Position numbers and translations under genes: made by a program. From Paragordius varius (taxonomy: Eukaryota; Animalia; Nematomorpha), in assembly GCA_964247055.1 (NCBI GenBank), contig OZ176057.1, positions 3,286,001 to 3,350,000 on the forward strand: DNA of 64,000 bases, given 5' to 3'. Of the stretch, positions 38,216 through 52,106 are shown piece by piece. Each line of letters opens with the position of its first letter. Position 1 is the stretch's first letter. Under the pieces are notes generated by a model that made no database searches, had not been told where the DNA came from, and saw only the letters and a list, made by a program, of their open reading frames with translations.

Positions 38216-39397
38216 AAACAAAATATTAGTATGAATGCACCGTTTTGAATTTCCAATGATATCATAGCTATTAAATAATGTTTCGGAATAATCCACATAT
38301 GTGAATCATTTTATTGTCCCTTTTTCGAATAGCCCCCCTTCCCCCAGAAGTTCGAAGGACTTCCTCGGTCTCACGAGATTACGTTAGAATAATCATAATT
38401 AGTAAAAATGAAATTCAGTCGATAGGGTAATTTTTTGTACAACGGTGTCCAACACAAATGGCTTCGCAAGCCGACTTTTTTGACTCAACAAATCCTGTGG
38501 GCCGCATTCGAAAAATATAGAAGCAAGAGTGATATTTGATATTTTATGCACAATACTGCAAAATTGTAAGCAATTTAACTACTAATATTTCACCAATTTT
38601 TTTTAGTTTGTTAAAAAATTGGAGACATTTGTTTAAGGAATATAATTTTGTTTTTTGAGCATATTTTCTAATAGTGGACTTATATATTATTGATATTTAT
38701 AGCTAGCTCATCGAATCTTTATGCCCATTTTTATTTAATAAGTTATGATCGTAGAAATATTTTTCGGCATTGTTCTAAAATGATGTAATCACCGATCAAT
38801 ATACAATTCAACTCATTAAAAGCCCCTCGCTAATCATTTTTACTAAATAAAATTGTAAACGCAAAAATTAAAAATTTCCCTAAAATTAAAATATTTCAAT
38901 TTATTTTAAAGAACAATATAATCATTATTCAGTAATATTAAGGTTGATAAATTTTTTGTTTTTTTTAACAAAAAACCCTTTGTGTTATGCAAATAATTTC
39001 CGCTTTTGGTCGTCAACTGACGGCATTTAAACAATTTTTAAATATTTAATATATGTATAAGTAATAAAAAGTTATGCTTAATGCTTAAACTACACCTGTA
39101 TGTGAAATAATTTTATAATTCCCTTTGATACCTTCATGCGACGCTTTTTTTATTACAATATAATTTATACTTTTAAATATATGTATATTATAAATGTAAG
39201 ATTTATCGGTATTAAACGTGAGTCTCTTTTCTCTTTATCACCTTTGTCCATTTCGTCAGATGTTTTAATGAAACGCATGGATATATCCCTTTGCTTTGTG
39301 TATTACATGTTTTATCAAATTTTACATCATAAAAGGTTTCTTCACAATTTATTTTTTATAGATAAATAGTTTTGGGACATATAAACTAAAATTGTAA

Positions 39398-42300
39398 ATG
39401 GAAAATATGGAACCAGTACCTACATCAAAGTTGATAGAGGCAGCCCGAGATCAATTATTAACTCTGACATCGACATATTCTAACAACCACAATAATCATT
39501 TAGTTAAAACCACTTATCATACCAATAATAACAATAATTTATCGTGCGATAATATGCGTATTACAGAAGCTATTAAAAAGAACAATGACCATCAAATACT
39601 GCTGAATAACCAAAATATAAGCTATGACACCAATTCATTATCTGACACAATTCCTGGCATCCATGCACTAAAATGGGCAACAAATCTCAATTCTCTCCTT
39701 CTTGATCCGGATGGTGTTAAGGCATTCACTTTTTATTTGGGGTCCGAGGGATATTCCGATAAACCATTGATGTTTATTTTTGCTGTACGTGGACTTAAAA
39801 AACGGAATGCTACGTTAATTGAAGACTTGCAAAATGGCAAAGATTTGTTTTCTCAAAACTGTGATGAACAACAACTCGTTGATAATAAAGATGAACACAT
39901 GTCACTACTCAGGCGTCGAATAAAGGCAATCTACCGTACATTTCTTCGTAGTAATACGGTCGTCAATAATAATTCTTGCAATGATAAAACATCAATTCAT
40001 TCCTCATCAAGTACTAATCTGTCCTGTTCCACGAGCCCATGTCTTCCAATTAATGCAGAGTGTCGCAAACATGTACGTGAAACCATAAATCAACTTTTTT
40101 ATTCTGCACACCAAAATAACAATCTTCTTCAACAGGATATTAATGGTTTTGTTTCAACATCTCAAAGTTCTTCTAATATTATTGATTTGATTAAACAGTA
40201 TACAGATATATTTGATGAAGCATTAGCACAAACGGAAAAACATTTAGCTGAAACGCATTATCGCAATTTCTTGAAATCTGACGTTTATCTTTCTCAACTC
40301 AGGGGTCAACAGTTGCCTGGTGATTGTTATCCTCCTAATAATAAAGTTCTACCAATCGAAAATACTTCCCAAAATGTTTCCAACTCTGATAATTCAGGTC
40401 TCCAAAATTCCACAAATTGCTCCACTTTGTCACGTGGTCGCAAAAAGGAAACAGACGATGTGCCAACAATGTTGACCACACAATCGTCTGCCCTTGTTAA
40501 CAACAATAAAATTTTATTATCCACATCAACAACAAAATATACGGAATGGGTTATGACAGCAAGTTCCGATAATTTAACGACAACATCGGGATCAGAATTC
40601 CTGGAGCTGCAACCCAGGGAAGAAAATCTACCTGGTAGTAATTATTGTGAAAAGATTCCAATTCCCGGCAATCAAAATAGCACGATAGAAAAAAAGATTC
40701 ACCACAAAGATAGTAATAATAATATGCCAATAAACAATAAAACGGTTACGGCACATGTACGAAAAGGTTCCATTCACACCAAACTACCCTCATCAAACGT
40801 GAATGCTACCACATCTCAAGAAACTGATCCTCTAACCTTTATACCGGTAATAGTTTTTAACCTTCGATTAATTTGTAAAAGTTAATACTAAGAAATTTAT
40901 TTGAATAATAGTAGCCACAATTAATAGTCATTTTTAGCTTGTATTTGTTTATAAATTATGTTGGATACAAAGTTAAAACATTATTGCGAATTAAGTTGCA
41001 TAAAATCTCAATTAAAATATTGGGATTGTGCTCATTTTTTATATATTTAACATTAAGAAATTGCAACAACCACAAAACACGATGCCACCCTCAGATCCCA
41101 AAATATTTGCTGCTTTGCTAACTGCTAAACTTAATAACTTATTAAACACTTCAAATGCAACACAGCTGAACAGTCGAACGATCAATAAGGATACAATTCA
41201 AACGACCAAGTATACAACATATATAAGTTTCTATAATGTAATAGATATAAATTCGGTTTTCCCATATATTAATACGATAAAAACCATATGCTGTTTAGAT
41301 CATTAAGTTTGACATCAACTCAAATAAAATTTGATAGTTCCCATCATGCCAACGCTAAAACCAGCTGTCGCTCTACAAATCTCGTTGATAACGAGGAAGC
41401 GGAAACAAGTCAAAGTATTTTGGATGATCACGTGAGCCGCGTATGGGCCGAAGAGGAACCACCGGTTGCCATGACAACCATACGGAAACAACTGACACAA
41501 GGTGCTGGTGGGATCGGTGACACAGTCCAGTCTTCTTCCAACCACAATAGCAATCATACCGATAAGGCTTTAAAGTACACATTGTTAAAATAATTTATCA
41601 TATAAAATGTTCCAAAAAAAAATTTTGCTGAAAAACCGCTTATTGTGGGTATATGTATTCCTGCATAAACTTATTGCATTTGTTAACAACATAGTTTTGT
41701 GTTTGTATTCGTGATTTCTTTTTTAAACACGGTCTTGCAGAAAAAATAAACTTAACCTTTTACTTCACATCGTTAATTTTAACTTTCAATGTTATGAATT
41801 GGTGTTCAATATATCAAACGGTTTAGTGATTGATATATTTTGAGTTTACTATAAAAAATATAAGAATATCGGTTACATGCAGCTTTAGCATAACAGATTA
41901 TAACTTGATTTACAACATCTAATTGTTTGTCTGGTATTATTGTGGTAAAATTAACAAATTACTTTTTTTTTCTAAAAGTATATCAAATTGAACTTTATAT
42001 GTTTTTGTTAGACCTTTTTATGCATTATCACATATATTGATATTGTTTTAGAATCCAAAATTGGTTGGACCGTGTTGCGACTTACGATGTATGCCCTCCA
42101 CAACAATTTGTCACCCAAAAAACTAATATCAAAAATAATTATCAAGATGATATATCTGCCATATCTGCACACTCGTCCTCATCCGTTTGCAATAATAACA
42201 ATAATAGTAAAAATTATAGTAATAGCGGTTACCATGGCAACTCCACCAATAATTCTCTAGTTTTACTGGGTGGCGCCAAATCGACCCAAACACATTGTAC

Positions 42301-44466
42301 GAACCAACGAGGTTATGTCTCAGATAATCGCGATAGCAAACCAAATTATAATCCCATTAATTTAAATGGCAACATTGTATGTGATAGTCGTGGTGTTGGT
42401 ACTAAAAACCCGAAAAATGGTTTTAACGCCCATATGGGTACTGCAAATTTATCATGCGTCAAAAATGAACGGAATACCCCTAATCATATTTACCATGGAC
42501 CGGTCTACGAGTAAACTTTTTTACCAGTTTTTTCTTTTTTTGTGCATAATAACAAAGTAAATCGTCTATAAATGCACCCAAGTTTAAATGGATGGCAAAT
42601 GAATCGTATCTTTATCAATATTATTATATAGTGGCCTTTACTTTATTTTTATGCTTTTTCATTGTTATATAAATTTATATATGGTTTAACTTTATACATT
42701 TTATTATTTTATTGCGCAGTTCAACCAATTCATCTCACGTGTCCTCATACCTTACACAAAGTGACTTTTCAAATGTCGCCGCCGCCGCACCATATTCTGA
42801 AAGCAATTTACATAATAACTCTGAACAACAAAACAATAATATTATTGGAATGAATAATAATAATAATACTAATCCACCACCAAATAATAACGTTAATGTT
42901 AATAACCTAAATAGTAATTTAATATCTAATTATTACTTAAAACGAGCGAGTAGTACATCTAGTGGTATATCCTCTATGGTTTTGGGACATCATAAAACTC
43001 ACCCCCTATACATGTTAAATCAACACCAACAAAATGGCAAAAAAATAGTCAACCGGCCAACCGGAAATGTGTCGGCAAGTGGTGGATCATTTCAAAACAG
43101 CACCCCGCATACATATAATTACAACAATAATAATAATTATGTTCATACAGCTTACAATAGTGATCATAATAACAACAATTCTAAAATATCATCGAATAAT
43201 TATGGTAACACATCATCTGATGTATTGTCTTCAGATATTTCGTCAAGGTAATACCCTCCCTATTTTGATGCATTTTTTTTAAATCATGCAAAGTCATGCA
43301 TTTTTAACGGTGAAGTTAATGTAAAACTATCATTTAAAATGGACTAATTTTTTGATTTTAATACCTTAATTAAGGTTTTAATACATATTATCATCTCTTA
43401 TATTAATCTTTTAAACATTGTTGTTTTATTGTATGTTGCAATCTCCATAGTTACCATCATTCAGACCATATGAATGCCAATAAGGGTTCATCCTCTACGC
43501 ATGCTTATAAACGTCATAATCACAATGCTAACGCCGCAGTATACCATAGCAAACAACTCTGTAATTCGGCCGTCAATACGTCAGAATTCGATACTGATGC
43601 ATACTGTGACGATGATAATAATTATTGGAACAAAAAAAGTGCCTGCGTTTTTACGAAAAAAACAGGAGGAGGAGGGAACAATTATTACATGCACAACAAT
43701 AATCATTATTCTTACCAGCAGCAGCAGCAAAATGATGACGTTTTTAGCATGTACACCTCATCCGATTCCCAACACCATTACTGTGATGAAGTCCAGGATA
43801 CGGAACACGAGGATATCATGACGGAAGCGGACAGGGCTTGTTTGGAAGATTTGAAAGCTGAAATGATCTCCGAGATATGTTGTGATGATGACGAGGAGCA
43901 AAAGAGGGAAAAGGAAACGAACCCGCAAAACGGGTCATGCTCCTCTACTAAGGAATCAATTTTGCCCGTATTTAATTCGCTAAAAATTGGTGAACAAACA
44001 GGTATGTACAAATAAAATCAACAAAATTTTGTGAAATTTATTACTCAAAGCCTATTTCAATATCTATAATCTTTAATTAATTATTGCTTTAGAAGCTGAA
44101 ACTAGTAATCCACAAATCCAACAGGTCCCAAATGCCCAAGATAAAACGATAGTTGGTTACTTCTTTTGCAATGAACCCGTTCCCTATCGTACTAAAATAG
44201 CGGGTCGCAATGTAACCCTGAAACAATTTAAGACACTCATCAGCAAGAAAGGCAAATATAGGTATAATAATAGTTAAAAATATTCTTAATTGTATTAGTT
44301 ATATGACATATTAATTAATTTTATCCACATATTTAGGTACTATTTTAAAAAATCAAGCGATGAATTTCAACCTGGTGGTGTGATCAATGAGGAGATATCT
44401 GATGATGAACAAGTTTTACCACTTTGGGATGGTAAAATATTTGCCAAAATTGAACCAACAGAATAA
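39398..44466 (+). CDS. AXIN: Axin (Wnt/beta-catenin destruction-complex scaffold)
   Basis: Exons 39398-40846, 41058-41209, 41299-41574, 42052-42510, 42720-43247, 43451-44001, 44093-44261, 44337-44466 (TAA), phases consistent. RGS domain ([43 protein letters not shown]), GSK3-binding-like helix ([13 protein letters not shown]), beta-catenin-binding motif ([13 protein letters not shown]) and C-terminal DIX domain ([48 protein letters not shown]). Confidence 0.95.
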
Positions 44467-45379
44467 TTAATATTTCTATTCAATAAGAATGGAATTGAAT
44501 TCTACGGTTTTTTACACAACGGATTTTATGACAATAGAGAAATCATATACACACACATTAAATATGAATAGCATTTAAACAAAAAATACCAAAAATATTT
44601 CGTAGATATATATAGGCTTTGCACCATATATATATAGCATTTAAATTAAAAAATGATTGTAATCTCAATATTTCACCTACAAGCTAGTTTTGATTGTAAA
44701 CAAACACATAAAAACTGTGATTAATCATATGCTTCAAATTGCTATTACTTTTAACCTTTTTAATTTGCGCACTTAATCAAATTACCTATATCCAAATATA
44801 TAAAAAAACTACCACTTTCAATCAAGATATACTACACACTCATTTTATCAAAAAACGTAAATTTGGGATTCGACAATTTGCATAGTGTATTATCCAATGA
44901 AAATATGTTTTGCTAACTGTCCAATCTTATTTACGTTTTACTCATAGTGCGTTTATTTAACCATATTTTTAAAACTCACATAGACGGTTTCATTTTTAAT
45001 AATTTTATTAAATTATCATGCGGGATGCCCATATCTTTTAAAAATCAATCTCAAGTTTTATATTATATATATATATATATATATATTTTCTACATATACA
45101 TTTTAAATTTTACTACCGAGCTTTAAAATTTTTTCATCTAAATTTAACACTTGACTAAAACATTATTCTTGTTTTATACATAATTTATAATTTTGTAGTG
45201 TCCACTGATATTTGAACAACACTATTTCTTATTATTACATTCATTATCTTTTAAAGATTTAAATAGCTAAAATATATTATTTATATGAATTTTATTATTA
45301 ATTGCCATAATGTTGAATTATATTATTCATGAGGAAATATTAGATAAATTACTATATTGTAAAGGTATATTCTTAATCC

Positions 45380-46000
45380 ATATAATAAAACTGCGCATAA
45401 AATCGGGGCGTATATAAAATATCTTATGTCTGATAAATAAATGTATCAGTCTGATAGTCATATCGGTTTTGGAGCTTAAGAAAGTCATTTGCGTTTTTAT
45501 CGTCTTTCTCGATCGAAATCGCACAATTGACCCACATTATGCCAAATAATTTTTTTTGATGGAAGCTTAATATGCTTTATTCCAAAAATATATCATAAAC
45601 TTTTTAAAAAAACCAAAATAATATTTTTATGAAATTTACGAAATACACGAGAATTTAAAGTTTTGAACCCGCTCAAAAAGGGCAAAATATCTCAATTAAA
45701 CGTAAACCGATATTTATCTATTTGTAATATACACTACGTCCGAAATCGCGGGTCATAAAAATACCCTGTGGAAATATATATACTCTTATGAAAATGTATC
45801 AGAAATTATCACGGTTTTGGCCCTTAGAAATGATATAAGAAAATCAATATAATTTTTGTAGTAACTGCTCCATAAGAAAGAGGCAAAATTTGCGCATATT
45901 TTGTTAACCAAAATTTTTTGGTGAAAGCTAAATGCTTTATTGCGTAAAGATATACTACATATAACAAGGAAAAAAATTTAAAAAAATAACTTTTATATGT
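45380..46000 (+). repeat. Two diverged ~370-bp tandem units (probable transposon-internal repeat)
   Basis: AAATGTATCAG..CGGTTTTGG..CTTA and GAAGCT(T/A)AAT(A)TGCTTTATT motifs occur twice about 370 bp apart. Confidence 0.45.
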
Positions 46001-46071
46001 GGGCTGCGAAAGCACCCTGTTCTCTTTAAACAAATGTTAAATTTTAATATAATCTAATTTTTTTAAAAATA

Positions 46072-46951
46072 CAGTAGCGTATGCAGTAAAAGATTGTTAG
46101 TGCAAAATAAACTAAAAACACTTTTTTTAAATCAGGAGGATATTATGGATAGTGTATACAAAATTAGGGGACAATCTTGGTATGTGTAAAAAATGCGCAT
46201 TTGGATTTTAAAATTGCGATAAAAAATTGTAAAAATATTAGTGAAACATAATTTCCCAGATTTCTTATAAAAATATGTTAAATTTTCAATTCATGGTAGA
46301 ATTATACATTCGTTATTTTAATTATGGAACTGTACCACAAATTATACTTTTATTAATATTATTACTTACTTTTCTCGATCTATTAAAAACTGAATATGCG
46401 TGGGGTGATAAATAAAAGGATTAAAATTTGGGGTTTTTTGTAATTAAAATAAATTACAAAAGTTTACTTGTTAAATGCATTTCAATTATTATTATTATTA
46501 ACCGATACCTAATCTTTTACATAGATTCAGGGAAGGATTTTAAACACAATGAATGATGTCTTCTTATATGTGAAACAATTTAAAAAAAATATATGTTACA
46601 GTAGTGATTATTTGTTTATTGATAATATTGTTGTGGAATAAGTATAAAATTTGAACAATAATTTTAATACATTTCTAGAAGTATTAATTGTTAAATTTTT
46701 GGTATAGTGGCTTCTTTTTCCTCTGAGTATTCATAAACATTTTATAATTTTACAATAAAAATTTTCAGATATTTCTCAAGATTTTATTTTCTTATTAGCT
46801 TTTTAAATACCATATGTGCCGACCAACTATCCTCATTTATATTGATTTATCATTCAGTCTTATTAAACATATCCATAATATCCCCCTTTTTTTAAAAAAA
46901 ATCTTTTTTAGTTTATTTTGCACTAACAATCTTTTACTGCATACGCTACTG
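46072..46951. mobile_element. Tc1/mariner-type non-autonomous element
   Basis: Perfect TIR of about 47 bp, CAGTAGCGTATGCAGTAAAAGATTGTTAGTGCAAAATAAACTAAAAA, with TA on both sides. Confidence 0.85.
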
Positions 46952-47748
46952 TACATATTATTTTCAATTTAATTTAGCAAATTGTTAGAGCACACTCCAT
47001 ACTATTTTGAAGCATGAAACGGTATAAAAACGCTTTATGAATTAAAAAGATCCCTTTTTCCATATGATTTGAAGATGCTGAACTTTTTTATAGCTTCAGA
47101 AGGTGAACAAAAAACACAATTATATTCATAAATATGAAGACGAACAAATGAAATAAAATGTGAATAGATAGATACGTTATTATTGAATTAAAATTTAATC
47201 TATTTTTATATGTTAGAGCGTTTCGTTTGAATTATGCATTAAATAGGATGAAGCACTTTTAAACAAATTCAAAAATTAAATTTTTGAAAAAAGCATGAAT
47301 TTTTATAAAATTTTTAGTTTATATCATAATTTAGCATATAATTGTCATTCAAAAATTGTTTTTTATGAAAAATAATATCCTAATATTACGCTGATAATGG
47401 TTACAAGTTATTTTTATGTTTTGTTTTGATATTTATCATAAAAAAATCGCTTTTATTGATTGGGAAAACGTTTTTATTGATTGGGAAAATGTTTTTATTG
47501 ACTGAGAAAATGTTTCGATTGACTGGGAAAACGTTTCGATTGACTGGGATAATGTTTCGATTGACTGGCGTTTCGATTGATTGAGAAAATGTTTCGATTG
47601 ACTGGGAAAACGTTTATTTTAACTGGGAAATGGTATATATGTTATTATGGTTGAATAATATAAATAATTAACCCTGAAAAGCTTTTTAATTATAATTTAT
47701 CTGCAAGTTTTTGATAGTAATTGATTTAAATATCAGCTTATTTCAATA

Positions 47749-48820
47749 TATACCATTTCCTCAAAATAAACGTTTTCCAAGTCAATAAAAACGGTTTAAT
47801 TTTTGATGATAAATACTAAAATAAGATATAAAAATAACTTTAAACCATTATTACGGAGATAATTTTTAATTAAAAACATAATTATTGAATGACAATTTTT
47901 CCAAGTATATTCCAGTGCACAATCATTAATGACTTATTATTTAAATGTTGTATTTTTGGAATTTGAGTTACGCATTAATATTTGCGGAACGCTTCAATTA
48001 GTTTTTAAATATGTCCGGTTTGTCGATAAAAATACTGTCGGAAAAAATATCTAAACCAAAATATTTTTTGATAAAAATGCTTTTGATTTAAAAATATTTA
48101 ATAAAAAGGATATATGACTAAAACAAGGGTGTAACTAAATGCCTTCGCGGGCATTTGACTCAAAAAGCACACGGTTCCCCATTCAAAATATATACGGGCT
48201 TTCACATAATTAATAAGACTGTAATATACAATATAACAATTTTTTTAATTCATTACCAATTTAATAGATTCATTCATAATAATTGCGTAAGAAATATGAA
48301 TATTACTAAGATTTTGTGGGCATATTTTTGCATATAAATTTTCATTGCGGCCCGCACAAAGATACTCGGAAGGCCGCCTTAGGCCCCCAACCAAATGTTA
48401 AATATTATAAAATTAGCGTAAAATTTGTGTTTAGATTCAATATAAAGTGCTAAATGACCTTTGTGATAAAAATTGTATATTTTTATATATTTTATTAATT
48501 CCTCCGTAACTATAGATTTTTTAAGTTAGCCGCATATATTAATGCGAACCATCGATAAAAAAAATATTATCTAAAATCAAATTCCAAAAATATAACATCT
48601 AAAGAATAAGTCATTAATCATTGTGCACTGGAATATACTTGGAAAAATTGTCATTAATTGTGTTTTTAATTAAAAATTATCTCCATATATTACGCTAATA
48701 ATGGTTAAAAGTTGTTTTTATATTGACTGGAAAAATGTTTCGATTGACTGGAAAAACGTTTCAATTGGAAAAACGTTTCGATTGACTGAGAAAACGTGTT
48801 TTTAACTAGGAAATGGTATA
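47749..48820. mobile_element. MITE/foldback family B (TATACCATTTCC termini, ~21-bp GATTGACTGGGAAAACGTTTC repeats)
   Basis: Inverted arms of about 250-300 bp (for example 47890-47940 versus 48604-48655); a solo right arm with ~7 repeat units lies at ~47335-47637. Confidence 0.75.
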
Positions 48821-49718
48821 TCTTAAAAAGTGAAAATAAAAATTAAATCAGCTATTTATTTATCGGTAATATATGGTGTACGGCCCTTGAAACAAAATGA
48901 AATTTGCAGTCCATTTGGATAAAAATCACTGGTATAAATTGTGTAGACATAGCGCTTTTAACATAAAGTAATTTTACACCATTACAGAATTTGGTCAAAA
49001 TAAGCAATATTTAATTTTGTGTCTTAGCATATAAATTATTATCGTGTTATTGGTTCTTTAAGGTTTATGAGCACTGGACCATTAGAGCGAAAAAGACTTT
49101 CGGTTACGTAAAAAATAAAGTCAAACATGGATATTAGATTTACTTTTCTAATATAGTTTATTAGTTATAAAAAATTGGAATGAAACAGTATGCACATAAC
49201 AAAATTTGTTAAGCATAAAATCAGTTGATTGTGCAATTTTTAAATACGGAAAAATTACGATAAAAACATTCTAAATTGATTGGCAAGGCCAAACAAATGA
49301 AATATGTATGTATATAATTATTAAATTTTAGAGCATGTTAAAAAAATTTATAAAGATATAATGTATGGTTTCCCTAACCAAATTTTGATATCAAAAGCCA
49401 CATAAGTGAAATAAAATTTAAAAAATCAGTGGCTAAACAGCTGACCCCAATTTCAACAAAAAGTCATATATTTTAAGTTAAGTTTTCAAAAAAATCAAAT
49501 ATTGAAATTTATTTACCCATGATAAAATTATACTTACAGACATGATAAATGTAAAAATTAAATATTTTTATTAAAAAAGTGGACGGATGTTAAATATTTT
49601 TAACAGATGGATGAATAGTATTGCAAAAATGCCACTAAAATCACCATTCAAAAGGCATATAAATAATGCGATATAACATATTTTTTAGTAACTCTAGTTT
49701 TTACTCTACACATGAATA

Positions 49719-50930
49719 TTAGGGAATATTATTTTTTAAGTAATATGAAAAAAATCCGAAACTTTTAATTTTCTCCTTGTATAAATTAAACATTAAAATC
49801 ACGCCAGGTTCTGTAATAAAAAATAGCATGGTTACGGATATCAAAAACGTATAATTGATATATATACAGGTATAAATAAATGTTAGAGTATAGAGGTAGT
49901 TTTGTAGGAGAAAACAAACTATACGTGATAAAAGCACAATTAATATTAGCAAATTTAGCACAGTCAATTGGTATAAATCTCGTTTGGTTTCCCTCAACTG
50001 ATAGAGGCGTATTTGTGAGATTAAAAGTTTTTTCGATGTCTGACCAGTTTCTACATTCAATGGCAGTTGAATAGCTTTTGGTTCATGTAAAATGATGCCT
50101 GGCAACATAGGCAAATTTTTTGAGTCGTTTTTCTGGCGACAATGTTTGAAATATTTTATCACATTATATTTTACAAATAAAGGTTTCCAATATCTCAACT
50201 TTAAACGTAGATCCTTTGTTTCATGCTGGTGATCTTTATTATTCGAAACTAGATTATTATCTCTTGAATGAATTTTCCTGCTTCTTTGTAAATTCCATAT
50301 AAGGAAATGCGTGACATTGCAAATATTTATACGCACAACTTCTACAAGAGCACACGTTCCGAAAATTAAAAATATATAAGGAATCAACTTGGTCACAATA
50401 GTATTATACGTTAAAATGAAATGTTTTGAGATGTTTTGTTTAAACCAGTCCGGTTTCATTTTATAAGCTAAATGTACTGTTATCAGACTTACAATGCTAA
50501 TAATATAAGCACTATATAAAAAGAGTTTGACACGATGCCAAATGCCATTGTAAAAAGTAAAAATTAATCTAGTGACACGATAAAATATGGTCAGGAGAAG
50601 CGCATAGCTTTGGGTAGTTATTAGAATTTGATTGCATGAGAACAGTAGATAGGGTAGCGGAAAAATTTCTAAAAAAATGCAAATTTTACCGATTGTGTGC
50701 GTTAACAAAAAGGCTATAGAATATATTCTACTAAAGGAGATCCATTTCTGTTTAAGACTCCTTTTCCAATATTTATTGATTATATTATGACAATAGTTCA
50801 ATCTGAGTTTCGACCCAAAAGGTAAAGCCTTTGGAAAATATCGAATGAGGAGGAAGCATATTAGACGAATTGCATGTAACACTAAACATGTCCATTCTAT
50901 AAAATTCATGATTTTCCGAATTTTAAACAT
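49719..50930 (-). CDS. Divergent rhodopsin-like 7-transmembrane receptor (orphan GPCR-like), single ORF of 403 aa
   Basis: A 403-codon uninterrupted ORF is far longer than expected by chance in DNA this AT-rich. About seven hydrophobic segments; TM3 ends LLLTIFYRVTRLI (DRY-like position), TM5 has KLIPYIFLIF, a long polar third intracellular loop, and TM7 FITEPGVIL (NPxxY-like position). Confidence 0.6.
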   Translation of the reverse strand: MFKIRKIMNFIEWTCLVLHAIRLICFLLIRYFPKALPFGSKLRLNYCHNIINKYWKRSLKQKWISFSRIYSIAFLLTHTIGKICIFLEIFPLPYLLFSCNQILITTQSYALLLTIFYRVTRLIFTFYNGIWHRVKLFLYSAYIISIVSLITVHLAYKMKPDWFKQNISKHFILTYNTIVTKLIPYIFLIFGTCALVEVVRINICNVTHFLIWNLQRSRKIHSRDNNLVSNNKDHQHETKDLRLKLRYWKPLFVKYNVIKYFKHCRQKNDSKNLPMLPGIILHEPKAIQLPLNVETGQTSKKLLISQIRLYQLRETKRDLYQLTVLNLLILIVLLSRIVCFLLQNYLYTLTFIYTCIYINYTFLISVTMLFFITEPGVILMFNLYKEKIKSFGFFSYYLKNNIP

Positions 50931-52106
50931 AAGAAAAATGGAGTTTTATTGCAAAGAACAATAATCTTATATTTTGGCTACCAAAAGATGGATTAAAATT
51001 ACCCAAATAGATTTTTTTTATAAATACAATTATTGCTAATCGCTAATTGTGGCTGATAATGAATACGCCTTAATAAAAAATCTAATTTGTTATTTGATAT
51101 TGGGGCATTATCATGCAAAGCGTGCACAATGGTTACGTTTTTTGGAAGTTTCACGTTTATAAAGAGATTTTTATGAAAAATATATATATAAGGGGGCTTT
51201 AGTTTTTTGAAATTACGTGTGTTCTCTAGTAATTAATTAATTTAAATGAAACGTACATAAGGTAATTAAAAATTGGATCTAAGAGTAAATGATTATCCAC
51301 ATAAATAATATCTCCCTTTAAAGGTACTATTAGGCCAATTTAACTAAAAATATTTAAAATTTTTAATCCAAAACATCAATATTAAAGTATGTTTATATAT
51401 TTTATTAGAAATTGAGATTTACATATTAAATACAATATCATTCCCATGGAATTAATATTTAAAAAATCAAAAAACTTACCTTCGCCTGCTATTAAACATA
51501 GGCTTCTCTACATGGGTAATTTTACTAAATGTTTGTGCATTTTTTTATTTTGTTGAATGATGCTTTATCCGATTTTAGACAATTGCAGGTAAAAATTCTT
51601 AAATTTAAGCTGTGTCTGAGGTCGATTATCAATAAACTTTATCAGCAATGGTAAAGCTGAAAAAATTGGATTTTCTAATGCCCATGTGTTTATATGAAAC
51701 CGGGTGATTTTTCAAGTTCTAGTGAGCCCCGCGGAACCATTTGTATTGGTAATGGGAGTTTTATATTACAAAGAAAACATTTATTAAATACCAAAATTAA
51801 ACATGTCTGTGGAATATCACATACTTAAATTATATATTTTGCTTGAAGATAAATTAACATTAACTACGTGTATCATAAAGTGTTATAAGTGTTTAAAGGT
51901 GCTTTTGTGTCCACGAAAATAGGATTTAACTTAACATTACTCTTTCCCTGTCCTTGATATCTATCTGGTGGGCGGATTCGTATAGGGTATGGCCGTTCTG
52001 TGTGAGTGTCAGTGGTAGGTGATATAGTGGGTGTTGGGATTGCAACTCAATGATGGGTTTCGAGGGTAGGGATGGTGATGCCAGGGCTTTGGTCGTGACA
52101 GTAGGG

